Source: a virus
Direction: 5' to 3' (one strand)
Virus record (IMG/VR): IMGVR_UViG_3300025872_000037
Location: 1-64,000 of that record
Length of the DNA: 64,000 nucleotides
Part shown: piece after piece, positions 1 to 10,103 of the stretch
Layout: each line of letters starts with the position of its first letter
How positions within the stretch are numbered: the first letter of the stretch is position 1
Program-made: the position numbers and the translations under genes
Notes under the pieces: model-generated
The model's input: the letters and a program-made list of their open reading frames with translations, nothing else
Told to the model about the DNA's origin: nothing
The model's database searches: none

Positions 1-2
1 CT

Positions 3-785
3 GGAGCAAACAGCGTTGTTTATTTTGGTACAAAAGCCTACTATAAATTTACTAGCTCCGGAAACTTTACAATTACTCAAAAGGATAATGCAAATTTATC
101 ATTCGCCTATGACTTAGTTGGAGGCGGTACTAGTGGTGATAGCGGCCAAACTAGAGATAATTCATATGATGACGGATGCGGTGCTGATGGTGGAAATGCT
201 GGAGATGGAGGACCTGTATATAATTATAGCACCAATTTAGCAAATACAAATCTTAATCAGGCATATGCCGTATCAGTAGCCGCTGCGGGATATGGAAACC
301 ATACAACATATCGTAGTGACACGAGTAATTATGGCACATATGCATCCGGAGGTGGAACAAATGGTGGTGCTGGCTGCGGTGATTCTGGAGGAAATGGAAC
401 ATTAGGAGGATATAATACAATATTATCGATTGATTCTGCTGCTAACACAATTCTTGGATTACAAAAATATGTGTATGCCGGCGGCGGAGGAGGTGGAGGA
501 GGCGGATACGATGCTAATACAGGTGGAGGCAAAGCTGGTGGCAGCCGCGCTATGGGCGAAAGTGGATCTGGAGACGGTGGAAACGGTGGAAACGGTACGG
601 CTCAGGGAGGATATCACGGTGAAAATGCTGGTGGTGCTGGGGCGAATAGCGGAGGAGGCGGTGGAGGTGGCGGCGGTGGAGGTGGCTACTCAGTGTGGAC
701 GAATCCAAATTACACCTCATACGGAGGCGCCGGTGGATCTGGCGGGTCTGGTTTTGCGTGGTTCGTTTTGACATATTGCGAATAA
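3..785 (+). CDS. Glycine-rich tail fibre/virion protein, 5'-truncated
   Basis: Reading the frame by hand, it is open from position 3 to TAA at 785, extending the listed 471..785 ORF. It has many GGGGG/GGNGG tracts and ends GGAGGSGGSGFAWFVL. Lies upstream of the neck genes. Confidence 0.65.
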   Translation, partial: GANSVVYFGTKAYYKFTSSGNFTITQKDNANLSFAYDLVGGGTSGDSGQTRDNSYDDGCGADGGNAGDGGPVYNYSTNLANTNLNQAYAVSVAAAGYGNHTTYRSDTSNYGTYASGGGTNGGAGCGDSGGNGTLGGYNTILSIDSAANTILGLQKYVYAGGGGGGGGGYDANTGGGKAGGSRAMGESGSGDGGNGGNGTAQGGYHGENAGGAGANSGGGGGGGGGGGGYSVWTNPNYTSYGGAGGSGGSGFAWFVLTYCE

Positions 786-790
786 TTACT

Positions 791-1327
791 ATGGCTCATT
801 TTGCAAAAATAGAAAAAATAGAAAATAGCGAAAATAACTTATTTAAAGTTATTTCTGTTATTGTTGTTCCAGACGACCAGGAACATAGAGGAGCTGAATT
901 CATTAATACGGATCTCAATATTGATGGTACCTGGATACAATGCAGTTTTAACACAAAAGCTGGTCGCCATTTGGCTGGGAAAACTCCATTTAGGAAAAAT
1001 TATCCACTCCCAGGATGGTTATATGATTCTTCTAAAGATGCTTTTATCCCACCAAAACCACAGAAAAATTCAAGTTTTATATTAGATGAAGATATGTGTA
1101 TCTGGATACCTCCAGTTCCATACCCGCTAGACCGATATTACTATACGTGGAATGAACAAAAATTACAGTGGGAAAAATCACCGAAAGCAATTGCTTTTCC
1201 AGAAAGCTGGGTATGGGATAAGTATGAATTTCGATGGAATCCTCCAGTTCCGTATCCGAGCGATGGTAAAAAATATTATTGGAATGAATCAATTATAAAC
1301 TGGAGTTTAGTTGAATCTAATGCTTGA
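791..1327 (+). CDS. Conserved phage protein (MAHFAK... family) that accompanies Gly-rich fibres; possible fibre assembly factor
   Basis: ATG at 791. Contains WIQCSFN, FRKNYP..G..YD...DAFIPPKP and two copies of W.PPVPYP.D...Y.WNE. Confidence 0.6.
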   Translation: MAHFAKIEKIENSENNLFKVISVIVVPDDQEHRGAEFINTDLNIDGTWIQCSFNTKAGRHLAGKTPFRKNYPLPGWLYDSSKDAFIPPKPQKNSSFILDEDMCIWIPPVPYPLDRYYYTWNEQKLQWEKSPKAIAFPESWVWDKYEFRWNPPVPYPSDGKKYYWNESIINWSLVESNA

Positions 1328-1547
1328 GAAAATAAAATATTCATCAACAACTGTCGCTGACGTAATATCAACTGCTGTAATTCAAAATAGACTTCTTTTA
1401 GAAGAACCAGAATTTGCTTCTAGAATTAAAACCTGTAAAAATTGTGAATTTTTCATTCCAGAAACTAGTCGATGTTCTAAATGTGGGTGTTTCATGCAGA
1501 TAAAGGCAAAACTTATTGCTGCAAAATGCCCACTCGATAAGTGGTAA
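1320..1547 (+). CDS. Small Cys-rich protein (DUF6171-like)
   Basis: CxxC...CxxCGC...K......CPLDKW pattern. Confidence 0.6.
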   Translation: MLEKIKYSSTTVADVISTAVIQNRLLLEEPEFASRIKTCKNCEFFIPETSRCSKCGCFMQIKAKLIAAKCPLDKW

Positions 1548-1556
1548 CATAAAAAC

Positions 1557-2306
1557 ATGGCCTCACCCAATTCCAGACAAACACTCATCGATTACTGCCT
1601 ACGCTCACTCGGACAGCCCGTGATCGAGATCAACATCGATGACGATCAGGTGTCAGACCGCGTGGACGAGGCCATTCAGTTTTACCGCGAGTATCATTCA
1701 GATGCAATCATTCGCCACTATCGAAAGCATCAGCTGACTCAGCAGAACATCACTGACGGATACATTGACATTCCTGATCAGCTACTGTTTGTCTCTCGTA
1801 TCTTTCCCCTGGCAAACAATACCGTATCCTCCTCGGGTATGTGGTCTGCGCGCTATCAGATGCACCTGAATGACGTCTATGACCTTCAGTATGCCGGCGC
1901 TCTGGTCAACTATGAGATGACACGCCAGTTCCTGGAGATGCTGGATATGCAGCTCAACGGCGTTCCACCAGTACGATTTAACCGCCACATGAATCGCCTG
2001 TATATAGATCTTGATTGGGGATATCGTGCCGCGGCGGGAGAATACATTATGGTCGATGCGTACTCTGCGATCGATCCAGAAACATACACCGATATCTACA
2101 ACGATATGTTCCTGAAGAAGTACACCACGGCTCTCATCAAGCGTCAGTGGGGTATCAACCTGAAGAAGTTTGAGGGCATCCAGCTTCCAGGTGGAGTCAC
2201 GATGAACGGGCAGCAAATTTACCAGGAGGCGATCGAAGAGATCAAACAGCTTGAGGACGAGATGGAGTTGAAGTACGAGAAGCCGGTAGACTTCTTCGTG
2301 GGATAA
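1557..2306 (+). CDS. gp13: Neck protein gp13
   Basis: LIDYCLRSLGQPVIEIN at the N-terminus and QWGINLKKFEGIQLPGGVTMNG; synteny with gp14-gp15. Confidence 0.92.
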   Translation: MASPNSRQTLIDYCLRSLGQPVIEINIDDDQVSDRVDEAIQFYREYHSDAIIRHYRKHQLTQQNITDGYIDIPDQLLFVSRIFPLANNTVSSSGMWSARYQMHLNDVYDLQYAGALVNYEMTRQFLEMLDMQLNGVPPVRFNRHMNRLYIDLDWGYRAAAGEYIMVDAYSAIDPETYTDIYNDMFLKKYTTALIKRQWGINLKKFEGIQLPGGVTMNGQQIYQEAIEEIKQLEDEMELKYEKPVDFFVG

Positions 2307-2309
2307 TCC

Positions 2310-3263
2310 ATGGCTCGCAACGTTTATTTCTCTCAGAACGTCAGGTCCGAGCAGAACCTCTACGAGGATCTGATCGTAGAGTCGTTGAAGATTTACGGGC
2401 AGGACTGCTACTATCTGCCGCGTAATATGATTTCTCGTGACATGATTCTGAACGAGGCCGTCGAATCAAAGTTCGATGATGCCTATATGGTTGAGATGTA
2501 CCTCGAGAACGTGGATGGTTTTGAGGGAGATGGAGCTCTCATGACGAAGTTTGGTCTGGAGATTCGTGACCAGGCAACATTCGTGGTTGCCAAGCGTACC
2601 TGGGACAAACTCGTCGGAATCTGGAACAATGGCATCATCTCAACCCGCCCGGCTGAAGGTGACCTGATCTATCTACCTCTCTCAAAGAGCTTCATGGAGA
2701 TTAAGTTTGTAGATCATCAGTCTCCATTCTATCAACTCTCGAAGTTCCCTGTGTACAAGCTACGTTGCGAGCTCTTTGAGTACTCCAACGAGGAAGTCAA
2801 TACTGGAATTCCTGAACTTGATAGACTTGAACAGAAGTTTAGCACCGAATACTTCTTTGAGATTTCTGGTACCGGTCCATTGTTCACGATCGGAGAGGAT
2901 GTCAAGCAGGTTCTGGTTCCAGCCGCTGGCGGAAATCCTGCACAGGAAATCTATGGAAAGATCTTAAAGATCGACAAAGAATCACCGACCGCGGCATATA
3001 AGATCGCCATCGGCGGAATCTCTACCAATACTGGAGAATTTGCCAAGTTCCGTGTCACGACGGGAGCGACGGACAAGTTGATCGGACTCACTTCGGGTGC
3101 ACAGTGGAATATCACTGTGGCCTATGAGATCGATAATACTCAGACCAACCTGACATTCGTAAACAACGCACAGGGAGCACAAAACCGAGCAATGGAAGTG
3201 ACAGCGGACACGATCATCGACTTCACGGAGAGCAATCCATTCGGAGACCCATCAAATGTTTAG
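2310..3263 (+). CDS. gp14: Neck protein gp14 (with C-terminal insertion)
   Basis: EQNLYEDLIVESLKIYG, KFGLEIRD, RPAEGDLIYLP and C-terminal DFTESNPFG. Confidence 0.9.
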   Translation: MARNVYFSQNVRSEQNLYEDLIVESLKIYGQDCYYLPRNMISRDMILNEAVESKFDDAYMVEMYLENVDGFEGDGALMTKFGLEIRDQATFVVAKRTWDKLVGIWNNGIISTRPAEGDLIYLPLSKSFMEIKFVDHQSPFYQLSKFPVYKLRCELFEYSNEEVNTGIPELDRLEQKFSTEYFFEISGTGPLFTIGEDVKQVLVPAAGGNPAQEIYGKILKIDKESPTAAYKIAIGGISTNTGEFAKFRVTTGATDKLIGLTSGAQWNITVAYEIDNTQTNLTFVNNAQGAQNRAMEVTADTIIDFTESNPFGDPSNV

Positions 3264-3999
3264 TGGACACTACTATCACGCCACGATTCGCAAGATGGTG
3301 TCCGTCTTCGGGACGCTCTTCAATAACATTTCCGTGGTTCGCAAAGATGCTACAGGAAAGGTCGTGAACATCACACGGGTTCCTCTGGCCTACGGACCAA
3401 AGCAGAAGTTCCTGGCACGTCTAGATGAACAGCCCGGCCTAGATGATGCTAAAGTTGCTATGAAGCTGCCGCGCATGTCGTTTGAGATCGTCACCTTAAC
3501 CTACGATGCGACCACAAAGATCAATCGTAACAACACATTGACATTTTCGGCGTCTGATCCTGCCAGCCGTAAGGTCATTCGTACTTATGCCCCATACCGC
3601 ATGGGCCTGCAGCTTTCCATCATGGCGAAGAATCAGGATGATGCTCTGCAAGTTCTCGAGCAGATCCTTCCTCACTTTCAGCCGGAGTATACTGTCACCA
3701 TCAAAGATCTGGACGAGCTCAACCTCAAGACCGATGTTCCATTCGTTCTCACCGGTGTACAGATGAATGAGGACTATGAGGGCGACTTCGTTCAGCGCCG
3801 GGCGATCATCTATACTCTGGACTTTGAGACGCGCCTGAGATTCTATGGCCAGGTCAATGATAAGGAAGTCATTCAAAACGTTCTGGTCGATTTTCGTAAT
3901 CCCACGACTCTTGACGGAATGGAACGCCTGGACATCGAGCAGTTGACTCCGACTGGTACGATCACGACTCAGATTATTCCGTTCACGGACTTTAACTAA
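3256..3999 (+). CDS. gp15: Tail sheath stabiliser/tail terminator gp15
   Basis: YYHATIRKMVSVFGTLFNNI, VPLAYGPKQKF, LPRMSFE and EQILPHFQP. Confidence 0.92.
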   Translation: MFSGHYYHATIRKMVSVFGTLFNNISVVRKDATGKVVNITRVPLAYGPKQKFLARLDEQPGLDDAKVAMKLPRMSFEIVTLTYDATTKINRNNTLTFSASDPASRKVIRTYAPYRMGLQLSIMAKNQDDALQVLEQILPHFQPEYTVTIKDLDELNLKTDVPFVLTGVQMNEDYEGDFVQRRAIIYTLDFETRLRFYGQVNDKEVIQNVLVDFRNPTTLDGMERLDIEQLTPTGTITTQIIPFTDFN

Positions 4000-4017
4000 T
4001 CCTCTGACCTCTATATC

Positions 4018-4452
4018 ATGGACAAATCAAAAGAGATGATAAAGAGACTGGAGGAGAACCTACCAGAGGTTCCTGTTCCCCCGTCTGACCATGTTCAGGA
4101 CGACTACGAGTTCTCTCGAGAGACGTATCGTAACCTGGTCAGTAAGTCGAACGAGGCGATCGAACAGATGTTGAGTCTGGCCATGCAGTCAGAGCATCCG
4201 CGTGCCTTTGAGGTACTCAGTAACATGCTGAAGAACACATCAGACATGACTGACAAGCTGATGGCGTTGCAGAAGGCCAAGAAAGATATACAGAAGAAAG
4301 ACGAAAAAGTACAATCAGAAAAACCGTCTCTGACTCAGAATAACTTGTTTCTGGGTTCCACTACGGATCTTCAGAAGCACCTCATCTCTCAGCTAAAGGA
4401 ACAAAATGTCGCCGCCGCAGAACAACCAAGGGATGTTCGTCAAGAACGCTGA
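4018..4452 (+). CDS. gp16: Terminase small subunit gp16
   Basis: DYEFSR...HPRAFEV...NNLFLGSTTDLQK motifs; directly upstream of gp17. Confidence 0.9.
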   Translation: MDKSKEMIKRLEENLPEVPVPPSDHVQDDYEFSRETYRNLVSKSNEAIEQMLSLAMQSEHPRAFEVLSNMLKNTSDMTDKLMALQKAKKDIQKKDEKVQSEKPSLTQNNLFLGSTTDLQKHLISQLKEQNVAAAEQPRDVRQER

Positions 4453-6031
4453 ACTTGGGTATCTAGGCAACCCGAGCGTCAAGCGAGACGGAGTCCAGCA
4501 GAAATTCACCGAGATCGAGGTCTCGGAATACCTGAAGTGTATGAAGGATCCGGAGTATTTTGCCCGGACCTACGTGAAAGTGATTTCTCTGGACCGAGGC
4601 CTGGTGGCGTTTGAGCCGTATCCCTATCAGGGAAAGATGTTCGAGCATTTTAACACTCACCGATTCTCCATCGTTCTGGCCTGCCGTCAGTCAGGTAAGT
4701 CGATCTCATCGGTCATCTACCTGCTCTGGTTTGCACTCTTCCAGCCCGACAAGACGATCGCGATCCTGGCCAATAAAGCGGCCACCGCCCGAGAGATGCT
4801 GGCGCGCGTAACCCTGGCGCTGGAGAATCTACCGTTCTTCCTGCAACCCGGTTGCCGAGCTCTCAACAAGGGATCCATCGAGTTCTCGAATAACTCTCGA
4901 ATCATTGCGGCCGCCACGTCCGGCAGTTCGATCCGCGGTCTCTCGGTCAACCTGTTGTTCATGGACGAGTTTGCCTTCGTCGAGAATGCCACGACTTTCT
5001 ATACCTCGACCTATCCCGTCGTTTCATCGGGTAAGACCTCTCGAGTCATCATCACATCGACGGCCAATGGCGTCGGCAACCAGTTTCATAAGATCTGGGA
5101 GGGAGCCGTTCAGGGCATCAATGAGTTCAAGCCATTCCGAGTCGACTGGTGGGATGTACCGGGTCGAGACGAGGAATGGAAGCGCCAGACGGTGGCCAAT
5201 ACCTCTGAGCTGCAGTTCCAGCAAGAGTTCGGAAATTCGTTTCATGGTACCGGAAACACACTGATCAATGCCGAGACCTTGCTATCACTCAAGGCCGAGA
5301 ATCCAATCTATACACAGAATGGGGTCAAGGTGTATGAGAAACCGATATCAGATCACAACTACGTGATGGCGGTTGATGTGGCCAAGGGACGCAACCAGGA
5401 CTTCTCTACCTTCTCTATCGTTGACGTGACTGCCCGCCCATTCAAGGTTGTGGCCACCTATCGTGATGCCCTTGTGTCTCCACTCATTTTCCCTGATACG
5501 ATCTACAAGTATGCTAAGACCTACAATAAGGCATACATCATCGTGGAGAGCAACGACCAGGGATCGGTGGTGTGCAATGGCCTGTATTACGACCTAGAAT
5601 ACGAGAATATGTTCGTGGAGTCGGCGGTCAAGAACGGATCGATCGGTCTGACCACCACCAAGAAGACGAAGCGGATCGGTTGTTCCAATCTGAAGGATCT
5701 GATCGAGGGAAAGAAGCTGATCATTCCGGATGCCGATACGATCCAGGAGCTCAGTACATTTGAGGCGGTCGGATCATCCTATGAGGCCGCCGAGGGTAAT
5801 CACGACGATACGGTCATGGCACTCGTGGTATTTGCCTGGTTCGTGGCGACCGACATCTTCGTGAACATGTCGAGCATGGATATCCGCGACATGTTATACA
5901 ATGAGAGATTGCGCCTGGTGGAGGAAGATGTGGCTCCTGTGGGAATACTCGGGAATCTTGAGAAAAATACCGAGGATGAAGGCCGATTCGTTGACTCGGA
6001 TGGAAACGTTTGGGAAAGTTCGACCTATTAG
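4406..6031 (+). CDS. gp17: Terminase large subunit gp17
   Basis: Walker A RQSGKS, Walker B LLFMDEFAF, ITSTANG, nuclease motifs VDVAKG and HDDTVMAL. Confidence 0.97.
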   Translation: MSPPQNNQGMFVKNAELGYLGNPSVKRDGVQQKFTEIEVSEYLKCMKDPEYFARTYVKVISLDRGLVAFEPYPYQGKMFEHFNTHRFSIVLACRQSGKSISSVIYLLWFALFQPDKTIAILANKAATAREMLARVTLALENLPFFLQPGCRALNKGSIEFSNNSRIIAAATSGSSIRGLSVNLLFMDEFAFVENATTFYTSTYPVVSSGKTSRVIITSTANGVGNQFHKIWEGAVQGINEFKPFRVDWWDVPGRDEEWKRQTVANTSELQFQQEFGNSFHGTGNTLINAETLLSLKAENPIYTQNGVKVYEKPISDHNYVMAVDVAKGRNQDFSTFSIVDVTARPFKVVATYRDALVSPLIFPDTIYKYAKTYNKAYIIVESNDQGSVVCNGLYYDLEYENMFVESAVKNGSIGLTTTKKTKRIGCSNLKDLIEGKKLIIPDADTIQELSTFEAVGSSYEAAEGNHDDTVMALVVFAWFVATDIFVNMSSMDIRDMLYNERLRLVEEDVAPVGILGNLEKNTEDEGRFVDSDGNVWESSTY

Positions 6032-6047
6032 CCCAAAAACAGCTATT

Positions 6048-6055
6048 TATAAATA
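6048..6055 (+). promoter_or_regulatory. T4-type late promoter (TATAAATA) for gp18
   Basis: Exact gp55 consensus in the intergenic region before gp18. Confidence 0.8.
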
Positions 6056-6118
6056 AAGGCAGCGAATATCCGTATTATGTTTCACATCAAACCCTAACTT
6101 TGAGCATCCTAAAAACTC

Positions 6119-7828
6119 ATGGCATTCCAAGTATCACCCGGAGTTCAAGTCAACGAAATTGACTTGACCAATGTCGTTCCGGCTGTGTCCACCTCAATTG
6201 GTGGATTCACCGGAGCTTTCAACTGGGGTCCTGCCGAAGAGATCCGTACGGTCAGCAGCGAGAAGGAACTCGCCGAGACTTTCGGAACTCCAAACGACAC
6301 GACCGCAAAATCATTTTTCACCGCTGCTTCATTCCTGAAGTATGCCAACGCCCTCAAGGTCGTTCGTGTTGTTCATTCAACTGCACGTAATGCTACCTCG
6401 GGATCCGGTGGTAACTCAGGACTGCTGATCAAAAATCGCGAGGAATACGATAATTCGTATGCCGGCGGTTCAGCCAACGTCGGCGCTTTCGGCGCTCGTT
6501 GCCCAGGAGTTTTAGGAAATTCACTCAAGGTTGAGGTTTGCTCTAGCTCGACAGCATTCACTGGCTGGACATTCGCTGGTGAGTTCGATGGAGCCCCAGG
6601 AACAAGTTTATACGCCGCAAAGTACGGTTCATCTAATGATGAACTGCACATCGTGGTCATCGACGAAGATGGTCTGATCAGCGGAACGAAGGGCACGGTT
6701 CTTGAGAAGTTTGCATATGCTTCTCAAGGATCTGACGCAGTGAAGGATGACGGCACTTCTAACTACTATAAGAACGTCATCAACGCCAACTCAAAGTACA
6801 TCTACTGGCTCGACCTGTTCGACGCGGTTGACGGCGCTGGAACAACCCTTCAGAATTCAGGCGAAGCTGCGAGCGGCGGCATCGCATATGATACGGAGAC
6901 AATAATTCTTCCATTCTCTCTATCTGGAGGTGTGGATGGTACTGCAGCCGGTGCAGCCGAGATCTCGACCGGTATCGACCTCTTCGCTGATGCCGAAACA
7001 GTTGATGTGAATCTGCTGTTCTCGGTCAACGATGCAAATGGTGTTAATACCATTGCAGCAAAGCTGATCTCGATCGCTAATGCCCGTAAGGATGTTGTGG
7101 CCTTCGTTTCTCCTCCAACTGAGGATAGCGTCGGAACCGCCACGCCAACGACCGATGTCAAGGCCTGGGCTGATACGCTGACCTCGACCTCCTATGCTGT
7201 TGTTGACAGTACAGCGCTGAAGATCTACGACAAGTACAATGACGTCTATCGCTGGATCCCAGCCGCCGGACATGTCGCCGGTCTCTGTGCATACACAGAT
7301 AACGTTGCCGATGCCTGGTTCTCACCTGCCGGATTCAATCGTGGCCAGCTCCTCGGAGTCACCAAGATTGCATTCAATCCAAAGCAGGCGGATCGCGATA
7401 CGCTCTACAAGGCACGTATCAATCCGATCGTGAGCTTCCCTGGCCAGGGCACAGTTCTCTACGGAGACAAGACCGCCCTCGCCAAGCCATCGGCCTTCGA
7501 TCGCATCAACGTCCGTCGTCTCTTCATCACCTTGGAGAAGTCAATCTCCACAGCGGCTAAGTTCCAGCTCTTCGAGCTGAACGACGAATTCACCCGCGCA
7601 ATGTTCCGCAACATGGTCGAGCCATTCCTGCGTGACGTTCAGGGCCGTCGTGGTATCACCGACTTCAAGGTCGTCTGTGACGAGACCAACAATACTGGTG
7701 ATGTTATCGACCGCAATGAGTTCCGTGCTGACATCTACATCAAGCCAGCCCGTTCAATCAACTTCATCACTCTGAACTTTATCGCCACTCGCACTGGCGT
7801 TGAGTTCTCCGAGCTGACTGGAAGCTAA
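6119..7828 (+). CDS. gp18: Tail sheath protein gp18
   Basis: SPGVQVNEIDLT, WFSPAGFNRG, FDRINVRRLF and IYIKPARSINFITLNF. Confidence 0.97.
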   Translation: MAFQVSPGVQVNEIDLTNVVPAVSTSIGGFTGAFNWGPAEEIRTVSSEKELAETFGTPNDTTAKSFFTAASFLKYANALKVVRVVHSTARNATSGSGGNSGLLIKNREEYDNSYAGGSANVGAFGARCPGVLGNSLKVEVCSSSTAFTGWTFAGEFDGAPGTSLYAAKYGSSNDELHIVVIDEDGLISGTKGTVLEKFAYASQGSDAVKDDGTSNYYKNVINANSKYIYWLDLFDAVDGAGTTLQNSGEAASGGIAYDTETIILPFSLSGGVDGTAAGAAEISTGIDLFADAETVDVNLLFSVNDANGVNTIAAKLISIANARKDVVAFVSPPTEDSVGTATPTTDVKAWADTLTSTSYAVVDSTALKIYDKYNDVYRWIPAAGHVAGLCAYTDNVADAWFSPAGFNRGQLLGVTKIAFNPKQADRDTLYKARINPIVSFPGQGTVLYGDKTALAKPSAFDRINVRRLFITLEKSISTAAKFQLFELNDEFTRAMFRNMVEPFLRDVQGRRGITDFKVVCDETNNTGDVIDRNEFRADIYIKPARSINFITLNFIATRTGVEFSELTGS

Positions 7829-7855
7829 ACCATCAACTAAAGGAGAACACTTACA

Positions 7856-8383
7856 ATGGCTAATCTAGGAATCAATGATTTCAAGGCAAAGCTAGTCGGT
7901 GGTGGAGCACGCAATAACCTGTTCAAGGTTACCGCGAACTTCCCTGCCTATGCTGCCGGAAATGTTGAGCTTGCGTCCTTCCTCATCAAGTCCGCAGCTC
8001 TTCCATCATCACTCATCGCTCCGATCACGATCCCATTCCGTGGTCGTCAGATTCAAATCGCGGGAGATCGCGTGTTTGAACCATGGGGCGTCACAGTCAT
8101 CAATGACACGGGATTCGAGCTCCGCAATTCCTTCGAGCGCTGGATGAACGGTATCAACCAGCATGCAGCAAACACCGGTCTGACAAATCCTTCGGATTAT
8201 ATGGCTGACCTGGCTGTTGAGCAGCTCAATAAGGACGGCACCGTACTGAAGAAGTACGACTTCCGCGGATGCTGGGTCTCAAACGTCTCCGCAATCGATC
8301 TGAGCTACGACTCAGAGAACACGATCGAGGAGTTCGGTGTCGAGTTCCAGGTCACCTACTGGGAATCAAATACGACTACTTAA
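7856..8383 (+). CDS. gp19: Tail tube protein gp19
   Basis: GGARNNLF, PFRGRQIQIAGDRVFEPW and IEEFGVEF. Confidence 0.95.
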   Translation: MANLGINDFKAKLVGGGARNNLFKVTANFPAYAAGNVELASFLIKSAALPSSLIAPITIPFRGRQIQIAGDRVFEPWGVTVINDTGFELRNSFERWMNGINQHAANTGLTNPSDYMADLAVEQLNKDGTVLKKYDFRGCWVSNVSAIDLSYDSENTIEEFGVEFQVTYWESNTTT

Positions 8384-8409
8384 TGGTAGTTTTTCCTCAA
8401 TAAATAATT

Positions 8410-8444
8410 GGCGTGGGGGTGTTTTTGGCCCCCACGCCTTTATT
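8410..8444 (+). terminator. GC-rich hairpin/intrinsic terminator after gp19
   Basis: GGCGTGGGGG (8410-19) pairs with CCCCCACGCC (8429-38), followed by TTTATT. Confidence 0.6.
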
Positions 8445-8474
8445 CGTTAAGAAACCCCCACAAAACATCTCGTC

Positions 8475-10058
8475 ATGGCACTCAAATTCTTTGGATTCAC
8501 ATTCGGCAAGGAGGATGACTCCAACGATCGCGAGCTGATCAAGAGGAAGAACCTCGAGAAGCAGGCGGTATCGTTTGTTCCACCGACCTCGGATGATGGA
8601 TCGACTGCCATTGCAGCTGGTGGGTACTATGGTCAGTACTTGGATCTGGAGGGAGATGCGGCGAAGACTGACGTCGATCTCATTCGTAAGTACCGCATTG
8701 CAGCCGAACAGCCGGAGTGTGACATGGCCATTGAGAACATCGTGAATGAGTCGATCATTCATGAGTACAACGAGAATCCGGTCGATCTGAACGTAGATGA
8801 CCTAGAGCAGCCGAGCTCGATCAAAAAGGCAATCAAGGAGGAGTTCGACCACGTTCTCCGCCTACTCAATTTTAACCTGAACGGACAGGATATTTTCCGT
8901 AGATGGTATGTCGATGGTCGTTTGTACTATCACATTATCGTGGACGAAGAGAACCCTCGCAACGGTATCCAGGAGATCCGTGGAGTCGATGCTCTGCGTA
9001 TTCGCAAGGTCCGCGAGATCAAGGAAGAAACCGATCCGGTGACGGGCGCCCGCGTGGTGCGTACTCTGGATGAGTATTACCTTTACCAGGATGGCGGTCT
9101 GCAGAAGTCTGATGTTGGTCTGAAGATCAACAAGGATGCCATCTGCTATATCACATCGGGTATCCTGGACGCTTCGCGTAAGCGTGTTCTTTCCCCTCTG
9201 CACAAGGCACTGAAGCCGGTCAACCAGCTCCGCATGATGGAGGACGCGCTGGTGATCTATCGTCTCTCCCGTGCTCCTGAACGTCGTATCTTCTACATCG
9301 ACGTTGGTAACCTGCCAAAGGGTAAGGCCGAGGAGTACATGCGTACGATCATGAACCAGTATCGCAACAAGCTGGTCTATGATGCCCAGACCGGAGAGAT
9401 TCGTGACGACCGTAAGCATATGTCGATGTTGGAAGACTTCTGGCTGCCTCGCCGCGAGGGCGGCCGCGGTACAGAGATCACCACACTTCCTGGCGGTGAC
9501 AATCTTTCTCAGATCGAGGACATCCTCTTCTTCCAGAAAAAACTCTATCGTTCTCTGAACGTTCCGATCTCTCGCCTGGAACCTGACAACGGTTTCAACC
9601 TGGGTAAGTCATCTGAGATCACTCGCGATGAGGTCAATTTCCAGAAATTCATTGACAAGCTTCGCAAGAAGTTCTCCGCGGTGTTCATGGAGCTCCTGCG
9701 TACCCAGCTTCTTCTCAAGAATGTCATTACCGAGGAAGACTGGGATGAACTGAAGGAGCATATTCGCATTGACTTCCGCAGGGATAACTTCTTCTCGGAA
9801 ATGAAGGATGCCGAGATCCTTGCCGGCCGCATCGAGCAGCTGAATGCCATCACTCCATTCGTTGGAAAGTATTATTCAGAGAACTGGGTTCGTCGCCATG
9901 TCCTTCGCCAGACTGAGGAAGACATTGAGGAGATGACAGAGGAGATGAGTACAGAGGCTGAGGCAGCTGCCCAGCAGATGATGGAGAATCCTCAAGCGGA
10001 TACTGGCTCTGGAGTTGAGGATATCTCTGCGAACGAGACCTTCGACCGATCGGCCTAA
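8475..10058 (+). CDS. gp20: Portal protein gp20
   Basis: RAPERRIFYIDVGNLPKGKAEEY and EDFWLPRREGGRGTEITTLPGG. Confidence 0.98.
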   Translation: MALKFFGFTFGKEDDSNDRELIKRKNLEKQAVSFVPPTSDDGSTAIAAGGYYGQYLDLEGDAAKTDVDLIRKYRIAAEQPECDMAIENIVNESIIHEYNENPVDLNVDDLEQPSSIKKAIKEEFDHVLRLLNFNLNGQDIFRRWYVDGRLYYHIIVDEENPRNGIQEIRGVDALRIRKVREIKEETDPVTGARVVRTLDEYYLYQDGGLQKSDVGLKINKDAICYITSGILDASRKRVLSPLHKALKPVNQLRMMEDALVIYRLSRAPERRIFYIDVGNLPKGKAEEYMRTIMNQYRNKLVYDAQTGEIRDDRKHMSMLEDFWLPRREGGRGTEITTLPGGDNLSQIEDILFFQKKLYRSLNVPISRLEPDNGFNLGKSSEITRDEVNFQKFIDKLRKKFSAVFMELLRTQLLLKNVITEEDWDELKEHIRIDFRRDNFFSEMKDAEILAGRIEQLNAITPFVGKYYSENWVRRHVLRQTEEDIEEMTEEMSTEAEAAAQQMMENPQADTGSGVEDISANETFDRSA

Positions 10059-10083
10059 TACCTAGAGTCAAGGCATTTCAACC

Positions 10084-10091
10084 TATAAATA
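10084..10091 (+). promoter_or_regulatory. Late promoter TATAAATA
   Basis: Exact consensus ending 12 nt before the ATG at 10104. Confidence 0.8.
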
Positions 10092-10103
10092 AGACTACGC
10101 AAA

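Noticed and set aside
478-750. GGN-rich tracts as a DNA repeat or G-quadruplex element
   Set aside because: Fully explained by poly-glycine coding with varied third positions.
695-790. Upstream extension of the 791 gene given in the ORF track
   Set aside because: It overlaps the Gly-rich gene; the family-typical start MAHFAK is at 791. Similar over-extended starts were trimmed at 27340, 27573, 33785, 36034, 43153 and 44815.
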